64,000 bases of DNA from the NCBI GenBank assembly GCA_030704615.1, contig CM060731.1, positions 55,862,001-55,926,000 of the forward strand, written 5' to 3'. The notes beneath the pieces were generated by a model. The model made no database searches. It saw only the letters and a program-made list of their open reading frames with translations, and was not told the origin of the DNA. The DNA comes from Takakia lepidozioides (taxonomy: Eukaryota; Plantae; Bryophyta). Made by a program: the position numbers and the translations under genes. Below are positions 38,516-50,225 of this stretch, piece after piece (positions within the stretch are counted from its first letter, which is position 1; every line of letters begins with the position of its first letter).

Positions 38516-41500
38516 GAGAGGACTGTCTGGGACTTAGACACTTATACGGGATCTGTAGGGTACCTTTAATTTTTGCACAGACTGAGACCAACAGGAGCCT
38601 TAGGGGTGACAGCAGCGCACTGTAGAGGGGGGTTACACAGCCCGTCACAGCCAACACAGCCGTTACAGCCGACACAGCCAACACAGCCCGTCACAGTCGT
38701 CACAGCCGACACAGCCAACACAGCCCGTCACAGTTGTCACAGCCGACACAGCCAGACACAGTCAGCACAGCCCGTCATAGCCGACACAGCCACACAGCCA
38801 GTCACAGCCCGTCACAGTTTCACACAGCCAGTCACAGCTTGACACAGCTGTCACGACCATAGGGAACGGAGAGCAGGACAGGGAACGACTGTGGGGAACA
38901 ACACCTGCAAATGGAACATGTTAGTTCACGGACGACGGTTAGTGAGGGAAACGGTTAGAGCCACGGGTAGGAAGATAAAGCGAGAAGCAAGGACTGAGAA
39001 GGGGCTTTTTGGGGGATTATTCTTGGAGGCACTTGTGGGGAAGCACTTCTGGGTCATGCATGAGAGGAGATCGGGCGGAGAGCAAGAACGGAAGCAAAGA
39101 TGGAGAGCACGGTGAAGGAGGAAAGATGATTAGTAGATGCTTGTTATATGCAAAGCGATAGTGATATAGTAGAGCAGATTAGAGACACAATGGCTTCGGC
39201 CTGATACCTGATAAATCATAATCTGATACTTATACGATACAATCACACTGTGTAGAGAGATCTGAGTGAAGCTGTGGAATGAATGGATGAGTTGATGGAA
39301 TCCGATAGATTGATGAAGCAAACTGATACTTAATTATCAATGGTAAGGTAGTTAACATGAATGCGGAAAGGGAAACAAATAGGAAACACCCCCATGATAC
39401 ACTAGCTGTAGGTCATGACTGATTGTTCTGCACAAGCTGAGTATTTAGAGATTTCCAACTCTTCTATCTTGGAGTTTCCGCCTCGGATAGCGAAGGGATG
39501 GGTGAATAAAAGCCGCGCGACATTTGGCGACCATACTGGGGAACTGAGTAATGAACAACCAGATGTGACAGGCATCTGGTGGGATCATGGTGGTTGGACC
39601 ATTAAAGAATTTGAAGTGAATCAAATTCCCTGTGGAACGAAGGAAGAAAGATTGTCCAAACAATTCTTTCAAAGGTTCTTGGAATTGCCAGACGGTTGTA
39701 AAGAAAATATTCTTAAGCGAGTGCATGATGCTGATCCGGAATGGGGTCTGGAGAAAGGAGTGATAAAGATTTATCAGGTAGCCTGTAGAGGAAGAGCACG
39801 TTGGTTATCAACGTTGGTTTATGTGATAGCATTGCTATCCATTAAGCGAGTAGAGTTTGAAGGCTGGAAGGAAAGAAAAGTGAATGTTTATACTCATATG
39901 AATGAAGAGCTTGTACTGGTAAAGAATTGGATTCCAAAGGATATTTTGTGGATCAAACTCACACCAATAACAACTTTCCAGACTTGTTTGCCATATGGTT
40001 ATATGGTAACGGAGACTTCAAGTATAGCCAAGGGTGCATTGAAGCTTGAAAGAAACCCAGGCATATACGAGAGATATTACAGAAGAGAGTTTTGGTTATT
40101 GCCACATTAAAAGAAATGAAAGACATGGGACATGAGTGATGAAAGAGAAGCTAGACGCCAGAGATATTCAGCAAAAAGAGAAAGCTATCTGAAAGCTAAT
40201 TATCCATATCTTTGGGAGAGAGGAATAGACATAGGGGAATCATCTGGACCTCTCACACCATTAAGATCAAAGAGTACATCACCCATACTGGAAGAACTAG
40301 AGTTGGATGCCATTCCTTCTGTTTCTTTGCAAGAAAGATTAAGGGAATTGGTATAGGAAGAAGATCAATCACGAGGTGAAAGATCTGAGGTACATCCCTG
40401 GATAAAAGATTTGACAGAAATCTTTGATAAGAGTTGGCATGGACACCAAAAGCAGGAACTCCAGTTTCTGAAGCGGAAGGTGAAGAAGGAGAAGAGGATG
40501 TGGCAGAGCCAACGGAGAGTTCAGACTCTCCAACACCATTACAGTTGAGTTACATGAGTGAGAAGAAACCCAAGGACAGAACTTGGAGGATGAAAACAGA
40601 GAGAAGAAATTGGAAGAGGAAGAATATGAAGAAGTAGACCCAACAGTTGAGGTTGAGACTACAACCAGGACATCCCAACCCATTGGACCTGGATCAAGTG
40701 GAGCACTTGGATCACAGGCCAACGAAGGTGTCGGCTCAAGGGGATCAGGCGGGCTGCCTGGATCTGGCTCTGGGGGGACAGGGAGTGTGGGAAGTAGTGC
40801 AACTGAAGCTGGGAATACTGTGAATATCGTGGGGCCAGAAGCAGGGAGTGCTCAAGGGCCACCACTTTGGTGAAGATCCACCACAAAAACAACAGGTCCA
40901 GAACCAGCACCAGCAAGGGTGCCAGCACCTGTCAGTGGGCAGAAGGTAGGGCCACAGATGGCGTTACAACCAACACGGGCAAAACCACACCTTTCCAATA
41001 TATTCAGGAAAAGGGGATCCCGATGTACACATTAGCCAATTTGAGCACATGTGTATAGTGAACAATGAGAATGGCGATGATGCCAAGATGAGATTGTTTC
41101 CTTGTTCACTTATCAAGAAAGCAAGTGAATGGTATGCAAGATTCCCTGATAATCATTTCCTAACTTGGAATGGCTTGAATACAACATTTCGAAATAGGTT
41201 CAGGACAAGTAAAACTGAAGATGAAGTGTATGGAAGTTTACAACAGTTAAAGCAAAAGAAGCATGAAACTGTTGAGGAGTATATGGAAAAGATAGAATTG
41301 ATGATGAAAAAGCTGGCTGCAGTACCAGCACCCGGTTTACAGAAGACTTGGTTTGTGAGTGGACTAAGACCAGAGTTGCAAAAGTGGATATGTTACCCAT
41401 AATACAGTGGAGGAGGCATTTGAAACTGCAAACATAATTGAGCAATTGGGAATGCTCAGGAGAGAGAAAAGGGATGATGAGGACTCTGAGGATGAGTCAG

Positions 41501-44500
41501 ATGAAGAAGAAGAGCAAGAACTAAAAAGGGGATCCCGATGTACACATTAGCCAATTTGAGCACATGTGTATAGTGAACAATGAGAATGGCGATGATGCCA
41601 AGATGAGATTGTTTCCTTGTTCACTTATCAAGAAAGCAAGTGAATGGTATGCAAGATTCCCTGATAATCATTTCCTAACCTGGAATGGCTTGAATACAAC
41701 ATTTCAAAATAGGTTCAGGACAAGTAAAACTGAAGATGAAGTGTATGGAAGTTTACAACAGTTAAAGCAAAAGAAGCATGAAACTGTTGAGGCGTATATG
41801 GAAAAGATAGAATTGATGATGAAAAGCTGGCTGCAGTACCAGCACCTGGTTTACAGAAGACTTGGTTTGTGAGTGGACTAAGACCAGAGTTGCAAAAGAA
41901 AGTGGATATGTTACCCCATAATATAGTGGATGAGGCATTTGAAACTGCAAACAGAATTGAGCAATTGGGATGCTCAGGAGAGAGAAAAGTGATGATGAGG
42001 ACTCTGAGGATGAGTCAGATGAAGAAGAAGAGCAAGAACTAAAAGGAAGAGTAAGAGAAAGGAGAATTTGAAGAGGGATAACCTATGAAAAAAGATTGGA
42101 AGAAATCTTGAAGAAGTATGCACAGAGGCTGCAAACACATTTGAGGAAGGGTGTATGATGTGCAAAGTGCCAAAACGAAGGCCATACCACCACAGAATGC
42201 CACTGAAAGGAGGAAACACTGTACTATCTGTAAATGGATAACCATTCTACTGAGAATTGTTACTACAACAGAAGGACAGCTGCAAGAGAACCTAGGCAAG
42301 TAAGGGTGCATCAGGTGCAGCCCCAGCCAAGAAAACAATGATCAGGACCACTATGGTAGGTCTGGTGGTTATAACAATGGCATGGAAGGGAGAGGTAATT
42401 CAAGAGGGATTACCAAGGAAATTCCAGAGGCAACTATCAGGGTAATCCAAGGGGTAATTACCAGCCCGGAATCAGGATTATAGAAATAATCCAAGAACAG
42501 ACCAGGGCGAGGACCCAAGGTGAAGAGCTTATGTTCTATTGTAATCAGCCAGGACATCGCAGGGCAGCCTGTTCATTCTGGATAACACCAGAATGAGATG
42601 AGAGCTCCTGTGAATGAGGGCCCAGTGTTGGCAGCTCACATGGTTAGGCCATGTGTTGTACCAGAAGTAAGTACAATGATAGTAACAAGAAGCAAAGCCA
42701 AACTAATACCTCCAGTAGTAGAGGAAGAAGATGATAATGAAGGTGGCATGATCCTGAAGATGAAGAGACTGGAAGATGATGAAGGAATTGCACAAGGAAG
42801 TGGCAGATAGCTATAAGGGAAATGCAGAAGAGTACTGATATTCCTGTGGCAGATTCCTCTAATTCTGATGGAGAAGAAGAAGGAGTGGAGGAAGAAAGGA
42901 AGAAAGAAGAGGCAGACATGCAAAGTAATGAAGAGACTTTGGCTGAAGTAATATGCCAGACCAAAGCAGAAATTACCATTGGACAGCTATTAGCTGTGGC
43001 ACCTTATTGTAGGCACAGGCTGTATCAAGCAATCAATCGAATTGCCCAGGAGACAGGAAACACAGACCTGAACAGCAAGGTGACCAGTTATAATGTGAAG
43101 CCGGAAGGGCGAGAAATAGTCATGGACTTTGATGATTCTATGCCAGTAATCCAATTGAGAATTGGAAGCACAGAACTAACTGATGTACTGATAGATGGAG
43201 GTTCTGGAGTAAATATCATGACAGACCAATTAAGGAAGAAGCTTGGTCTAAGTAACATGAAACCAGCCCCATTTACAGTAACAATGGCAGATCAAAGAAG
43301 TGTACAGCCATTGGGATTGATAAGAGGAGTTAAGATACAGATACAGAAGATGATCTTTATGATCACAGTAACTGTGTTGAAGATGGATGAAGTCATGGAG
43401 GCTTACTCCTTATTATTGGGACGTCCGTGGCTGAAATAGGCCAGGGTATTCCATGACTGGAATTCTCAGTTACTAACCGTGCATAATGGGATACACGAGA
43501 TACAAATTACCACAAAGAAATCTAGTAGATTACCTGCTACAAGAAGACCTCGAGGAGTCAGAGAGTATGACTGGAAAGGAGGACTGGATGAGGAGCAGGA
43601 AGCTACCCTATTTGCTGCACACCCAGAGTGGGAGCAGGTTGCAGAGATGCGACTGGAAAGCCTAAGTTGTTTAAGAAGTATCTGATGTGGTGTAGTGACA
43701 GCAACACCAACTGAAGAGGAAACCAGCATTTACCCATCACATTTCTATGAAGAAAGAGAAGGAGAAATGGAAATCCTAGAGGAACCAGCCACTGTGAGCT
43801 TACAGGATGAAGTGATGACTGGTTGGACAATCACAGCTGATGAGCAGGTGAGGGAAGTGAATGTGGGAACTAAAGAGGAACCGAGGATGGTGAAAGTAGG
43901 AGCTGATTTGGAGCTGGAATTCTTTGAAGAAGCTAAAAGCTCGTTCATCAAATACAGAGATGTATTTGCTTGGAGCTATGAGGATCTAAAAGGGATACCA
44001 CCTGAAGTCTGTCAGCATAAGATTGAACTGGAACCAGGGTCAGTATCAATCAAGCAGGCGAGGTACAGAATGAATCCCAACTACGCACAGAAGGTTGGAG
44101 AGGAGATAAAGAAGTTGGCTGAGGCTAAGTTTATATATCCAATAGAGTATACAACTTGGTTGTCACCCATTGTGATAGTTCCCAAGAAGAATGGTAAACT
44201 AAGAGTTTGTGTGAACTACAAGAAGCTGAATGCTTGTACAAAGAAAGATCCTTTCCCTTTGCCATTCACAGAAGCAGTATTAGATACTGTGGCAGGCCAT
44301 GAGATGTACTCATTCATGGATGGCTTTAGTGGTTATAATCAAGTGCAAGTGGCAGAAGAAGACCAAGGAAAAACAGCTTTCATCACAGACTGGGGGGCTT
44401 ATGCATACAAAGTCATGCCCTTTGGACTTTGTAATGCACCAGCGACCTTTCAGAGAGTGATAAGTGAATCTTTTCATGAGTATCTGGATGATTTCATGCA

Positions 44501-45305
44501 AGTGTTCTTGGATGATTTCAGTGTGTACAGCTCTAAGAATGAGCACTTGCATAAATTGGAGTTATGTCTGGCCAGATGCAGGATGAGAGGTCTGGGCCTG
44601 AATCCAGAGAAGTGTACTTTCTGTGTGAACTTAGGGGTGCTTCTGGGACACATTGTGTGTAAGAATGGACTTCTTGTGGATCCCAGGAAGACAGAGGCCA
44701 TTAAAGCCTCTCCACCACCAGTGAATGTTAAGAGTCTAAGGAGATTCCTTGGGCAAACCAGTTATAATAGAAGATTTGTCAAAAGGTATACACAAATAGC
44801 AGCACCATTGAGCAAGCTACTGAAGAAAGATGCAGTGTTTGCCTGGACAGCTGAATGTCAACAGGCGTTTGAGGAACTTACACTGTCAGTAACAACTACA
44901 CCTGTGCTGATTAACCCTCACTGGCATGTAGTATTTCATGTTCACTGCGATGCATCAGGAGAAGCGTTGGGAACGGTGTTAGCCCAGAATGTTACAGGAA
45001 ATATAGATTCACCTGTGTACTATGCTAGCAGGTTGATGAACAGTGCTGAAAGGAACTATAGCACAACGGAAAGAAAAGCATTGGCAATGATCTATGCAGT
45101 GAAGAAATTCAGGCATTACCTGCTGGGCAAGAAGTTTATGTTCTATGTGGATCACCAGGCTCTGATATACCTGGTAAACAAACCTCTGATAAGCGGAAGA
45201 ATAGCAAGATGGTTGATAATCTTGCACGAGTTTGAGTTCGAGGTTGTTTACAAGCCTGGGAGACTGCATCTTGTGGCGGATCACTTGTCACGGTTATCAA
45301 CCACC
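38516..45305 (+). mobile_element. Truncated family A Gypsy copy: LTR 38516-39522, PBS 39525-39542, ORF0, frameshifted gag with a ~515-bp tandem duplication, PR, RT, RH; integrase and 3' LTR absent
   Basis: Collinear with the full element. The duplication restarts at GGGGATCCCGATG near 41528. Homology ends at DHLSRL. Confidence 0.95.
39415..40110 (+). CDS. ORF0 copy (231 aa, open)
   Basis: Near-identical protein to 16438-17133. Confidence 0.7.
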   Translation: MTDCSAQAEYLEISNSSILEFPPRIAKGWVNKSRATFGDHTGELSNEQPDVTGIWWDHGGWTIKEFEVNQIPCGTKEERLSKQFFQRFLELPDGCKENILKRVHDADPEWGLEKGVIKIYQVACRGRARWLSTLVYVIALLSIKRVEFEGWKERKVNVYTHMNEELVLVKNWIPKDILWIKLTPITTFQTCLPYGYMVTETSSIAKGALKLERNPGIYERYYRREFWLLPH

Positions 45306-45314
45306 TCATTGTAG
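43695..45314 (+). pseudogene. RT-RNase H portion of pol (open 539-aa frame)
   Basis: FLDD and CDAS motifs. Confidence 0.93.
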
Positions 45315-45745
45315 GCACAGGCTGTATCAAGCGATCAATCAGATTGCTCATGTGACAGAGAACACAGACCTAAACAGCAAGGTGACAAGTTATAATGTGA
45401 AGCCTGAAGGGCGAGAAACAGTCATGGACTTTGATGATTCTATGCCAGTAATCCAATTGAGAATTGGAAGCACAGACTTGACTGATGTACTGATAGATGG
45501 AGGCTCAGGAGTGAATATTATGACAGACCAATTAAGGCAGAAGCTTGGTCTAAGTAACATGAAACCAGCCCCATTCATAGTAACAATGGTAGATCAAATG
45601 AGTGTACAGCCATTAGGCTTGATAAGAGGAGTAAAGATACAGATTTAGAAGATGATATTTAAGATCACAGTGACTGTGTTGAAAATGGATGATGTTATGG
45701 AAGCTTACTCCTTATTGCTGGGTCGACCATGGCTGAAACAGGCCC
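45305..45745 (+). pseudogene. Second, more diverged protease fragment
   Basis: LIDGGSGVNIM...LLGRPWLKQA with many silent differences from 43000-43440. Confidence 0.9.
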
Positions 45746-45747
45746 AC

Positions 45748-46196
45748 GAAAGTATCAAAAAACAAGTAATAGAGATGAGGAGAAGCTGTGGAATAAATAC
45801 TTTCCCAGTCAATGTGGGACAACCGAGGCAAAAAGGTGAATGTCTGTTACATTCCATAGAGTAGCAGACGCATTCAGCATAAGAACTAGTGTGAGAAGAT
45901 AAGTTGGGTGTTTCCTAGAATAAATATAGGCTGTCATTGTCAGCTACTAGCAGCAAGGCAAGGATGTATGCATAATTTGTGCATAGACATGGGTAGCTGA
46001 AGGAGCAAAGAGAGTGTGGGTCCAGATTCATCCAAGAGGGCCAGATCTCAAGCACAAGATTACCTATGATTCCCTGTGGATCAATAGCTACAAGAAACCT
46101 GCATGGGTAGGTCTATTCCATGGGACTCAATCTGTCACTGAGTCTTGCATTATGAGGATCACAACTGCTTGGCAACTTACCTGCACGAGGCCTTGA
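45748..46196 (+). pseudogene. OSB/PTAC9-family PDF-motif fragment, copy 2
   Basis: EKLWNKYF..WDNRGKK | intron 45836-46025 | IHPRGPDLKHKITYDSLWINSYKKPAWV. Confidence 0.82.
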
Positions 46197-47529
46197 CCCT
46201 TAGGCAATCCCAGAGCAGTGTAGCTTTAGGCTGCTTTTTGACTTTGGTTTTTCATTTTGTACCATAAGCTCTTTGAGCTTTCCGTAGATGTAATAAAGTA
46301 CCATTTTGTTTCATGACATGTCTTTCATTGTTTTCGCGTTTCTAATGACATGATTAGTTCTCTTGTATGGCATTACATGCGTGCTCACTACAAACACCAA
46401 AACTTCAAAGCATGAACCACTATGAGTGATTGTTCAAATAATTTCGAGCACTTCATTTAAAGTAGTAAAGCAGTGGTTGCGCCGACTTCCGTAGTCACAG
46501 TTGCCACTGGGCATGTAGCACTGCAAGTTATGTGGTCGACTACCACGTGGCGCCCGGTCCCGTGGCCACGTGACAGCAGTGGTGGTTGTCGCGGCGCCGC
46601 CATGTCCACGTCCTCATCCGCGTCCACGTTCGCGTCCGTGTGTCACCGCGCTCCGGTGAGTCAGTCCACTCATCCGGAGGGAAAAGTCAAAGTCAGCCCA
46701 AAAGGTCAGACACACGGGCAGCCCGCCTGGTTACGCCACGTGGTTCTTTAGCATTAATTGCAATAATCGCTTAGCAGTGCTCACGCGTCTGCGTCCTTTA
46801 CCACTCCAATCATTGGATGTCCAACCCAACTTCCACGTCTGTTGTAACTAGTCGTTTGTAACTTCCAGTCGATCCCATTTTTTTGACTTTTACGACTCAA
46901 AATGAGTCGTTACCCCAGTGGTAAATGACACGAATGCTTCTAGTGGTATGTTGTGGATAGTGGATTCCCTTCCAAATTCAGCCTCTCGTGAAGAACTTGC
47001 AGTTTTGAGTGTGTTGTACTGCCTACGATAATGCTTGTGTTGACGCAAGCAGCAAATAAGGCACAAGAAGGCTGTGTGTAAGTTTGGGATTGTTGATAAG
47101 CAGTGTCTCTTGTTTGGCCTGCAGTACTGCACTACTGATGCTTGCGTTGACGCAAGCATCATCATGGCCTCTCTTTCCATAGTGAACTGCTGCTATTTTA
47201 GAGCCTCCATTTTGCAAAGGATGTTCTGGTTATATTTTGCATTCTTCCGCAAGGCCGTTAGAAGTTTCTGAATTGAGATACCTCTTTTCGCAGCCACATA
47301 TATAATGTCTTGATACCTGGAAGGTTCCTTAGTTCATATCCACATTTCATTGACACATAGGCAAACCCTTCTGCGGAGAAGACGATGTACACCGTAGGTA
47401 TTGTAGAAGACTGGAGCATATATATCCCACTTGAAACCATGCTTGCATCAACGCAAGCATGGTTGTTCCATTGCGAATGTCTCTTTGCATCCTTGCACTC
47501 ATGTTCGATTTTGTGTTATCAAGTTGCAG

Positions 47530-48090
47530 ACCCGTGCTTTTGATGCACACTGTCTTGTGAGAGTCCGGGACCCAACCACACCTGCTTGGATGTTCCTGAG
47601 TTTCATCTTCGGGATTTGGCCGTACACATAGATCCGACTTGCGATCCGGTGGATGACGACTTCATTGGCAATTATGTGGACTCCAACCTTACTTTGCGGC
47701 GAGATTCTAGAGTATCAGGGAGAGGTGCATGGGAGAAGAGTCTGGCCTTCATTAGACTCTCATTGAGACTTGCAGCGCTCATGGGTCCAGAGTTGTGGAC
47801 CTCACGCTGGGCACAGGTACAACTAAACTATGAATTGCACTCTTTCGATATCGTTTTGGGTGGATTTTCGGCTTCATGGCCCTCATTCTTGCCGTTCATG
47901 TGCAGGCGCTTCATTTCATGCGTGTAAGGCAGCCGGGAGGCATCTTTTCGCCTTCGAAGGTGATGCAAATTTGTATACGCATGTGATAGCTCCTCTCTAT
48001 GAGGGCTCCTCTTCTGCAACACTCTTCTGTGGGCTAACTAACCAAAGGAAAGAATTTGAAGTGGGACAAGTTCTTAAGCAGATGGCTTAG
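47530..48090 (+). pseudogene. Amino (N4C/N6A) DNA methyltransferase-like C-terminal exons
   Basis: GRGAWEKS...LIETCSAHGSRVVDLTLGT-G | intron 47817-47905 | ASFHACKAAGRHLFAFEGD: SAM-binding motifs I-II in a beta-class-like C-terminal position. Frameshift near 47755. Confidence 0.7.
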
Positions 48091-48137
48091 TGGTATAGCA
48101 CAGTGATCACAACAAGGTGAAAAAATGATTGACATAA

Positions 48138-48287
48138 AAGTTTGCTCCCGTGTGCTCATGGGCTCATGACGTTGTGCATCTTCACGGCACCGGAACCAAC
48201 TCTGACCATTGAATGTCTTGTCCACATACGCACGATCCACAATCCGCCAGGCCTCAAGAAAAATCAAATTCTCCTCCGTCAATGCCC
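48138..48287 (-). pseudogene. ctpA: Single orphan exon of the D1 C-terminal processing protease
   Basis: ALTEENLIFLEAWRIVDRAYVDKTFNGQSWFRCREDAQRHEPMSTREQT, preceded by a TTGTTAG acceptor. No other exons are nearby. Confidence 0.85.
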
Positions 48288-48709
48288 CTAACAAGCACAT
48301 GCAACCAAAACCAAATTTGTGAGTGTGTATGAGTCGTGAGAGAGAGAGCAGTTGTTAGTCATCTTTCTCTAAAATGTGCTTTGTTCTTGCCTTGTGGTCA
48401 AAAGTCCCACTCCCTTCTTAGGGAGGGCCTACCCCACCACGATAATAGAGTGTGGTGTCTGGAGCAAGAGACGATTGAAAGAATTATAGTGTCCACACGT
48501 CAAACTCCAACTTTAGATCCTCAAAACTGGAGGCCTATGCTAAGGACAAGATCAAGAGCATGCTATCACATAGTAGGAAGGGCAAGAAAATTGAAATAAT
48601 GCTCTATCTCCACTTCTTGTGTGGTAGATGTTGGATAGGCCCTAACAACATTCATATTTCAACCTCAAAAAATAGAATGGAAAATTCTGTCTTAAATTCC
48701 CTGTTTTCT

Positions 48710-48835
48710 CATGGATGAAATCGCCAAACTTCTCTAGACAAAATTTAAATTATGGATGAATTTGCCAAATATGGATGATATACATGGATGAAATTACAAT
48801 AGAGGATGATTCTATCCTAATTTCAGTGGATGAAC
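48710..48835 (+). repeat. Short cluster of ATGGATGA(A) repeats
   Basis: About 6 copies. Confidence 0.6.
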
Positions 48836-49039
48836 AAAAAATATGGCTATTTCCTGCAAAACTCAGTAGCCACTCCTGTTATTAATCCTTTTTTTTTTCC
48901 AAATTGTTTTTAAAAAAGCGGCAAAATCTAACACCCTTTCTAGATATACAATTCACATGGGCTTCCTCCCCTTTTTACTTTTAAAAACAAACGGGGTAAT
49001 CAAAAGCTCATCTCTCGTTTGAAGCCCCCAAAAGAAAAC

Positions 49040-49470
49040 GAGGGGTTCTTACGCTTGCCTTCTTGGTGGCTCGTAGTTCGGACTTCGGTAGTTTGAACTC
49101 CTGTTGTTATGTCTGCTTCGGAGGGCTTGTGATCTCCCTCTTGCAGGCAGCCTGCTACCACCATTTCTGGTCTTCTTTCCTTTTCTGCTTGCTTTCAGGG
49201 TTCTTGGTTCTTTGGTCTCGGTTATTATGTCGGCTGTGAAGGGTTGGTCTTCCCGTCTTCTCCCTTCTGCAGGCTGGCTGTTGACTCTTTCTCTGGTTCC
49301 TTTTCTCTTGTTATGTTCAGGTCTCGAGTGGTACCTCTGTCATGTGCCTCATGGCCTTCTGTAAGGTTTATTTTTCCTTACCTTTTTAATAAAGCTTCCA
49401 GGGCCACTGTCCCCTGTTCCGTTAAAAGAAACAAAAAACAAAAACAAAAACAAACACAGAAAAACAAAAT
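49040..49470 (+). mobile_element. Possible 5'-truncated LINE 3' end
   Basis: T-rich body, AATAAA at 49388 and an A-rich tail at 49423-49469. No clear TSD. Confidence 0.35.
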
Positions 49471-50225
49471 TCAAATGTAATTAAACTGTAGATCTGATGT
49501 TATAGAATCGAGGAATGAGCGTTGAAATATGAATTTCCCTCCGTTTTCTCTTCCCCCCGGTCGCTCGCTTTCCTTCATCCGCGCCTCGTCTTGAAGCAGC
49601 CGCTTGCATTTCACTGTGGCTACTGTTGTTGTGGTGGTGTTGTCTGGTGAGCTGCTCTTGTGGCTCGAATTTGGAGTTCACTTTGGTTTCTGAGAAGGTA
49701 TGTTGGTTGAATGGGGAGATAAATGTGGCGGCGCTGGGTTTACTGGAGGGTTTAAGATGTCTTGGGTTTTGTTGGGTGGAAGGGTTCGGGAGATTGGTGA
49801 TTCGGCAATTTGTGGAGGTGGTGTTTGGGTAGGGGATGTGTGGTTTGAATTTGCATGTGTGGTTTTGAAAGTCTTTTCTACGCTTGTATGTGTTGCATGT
49901 GTGGCAGGGTTCGTGAAAAGTGGCAGTTTAACGCCAGTTTTGTAGTACTTTACCTCGCATTCTGTGCATTCATGTGATGTGCTGGCTTATGCAGGGAAGC
50001 TAGGACCAATTTCGAGTTTTGTCAGGTTCTTTGAGGTACTCGGTGCACCGTTTTTCGGTTATTCGAGTGACTGGTAGGTTTTTTTCTAGATTAAGATTTC
50101 TTAGTGTAGCTGGTAGAGGTCCTCAGACTCGGGGATTAGACGAAGGAGATTACGGGTTGGGCTGCATGAATAGCTGAGAAACGGTGCTTTGAAGGCAGTG
50201 AAAGATCGAAAGAGTCCTAGACGTA

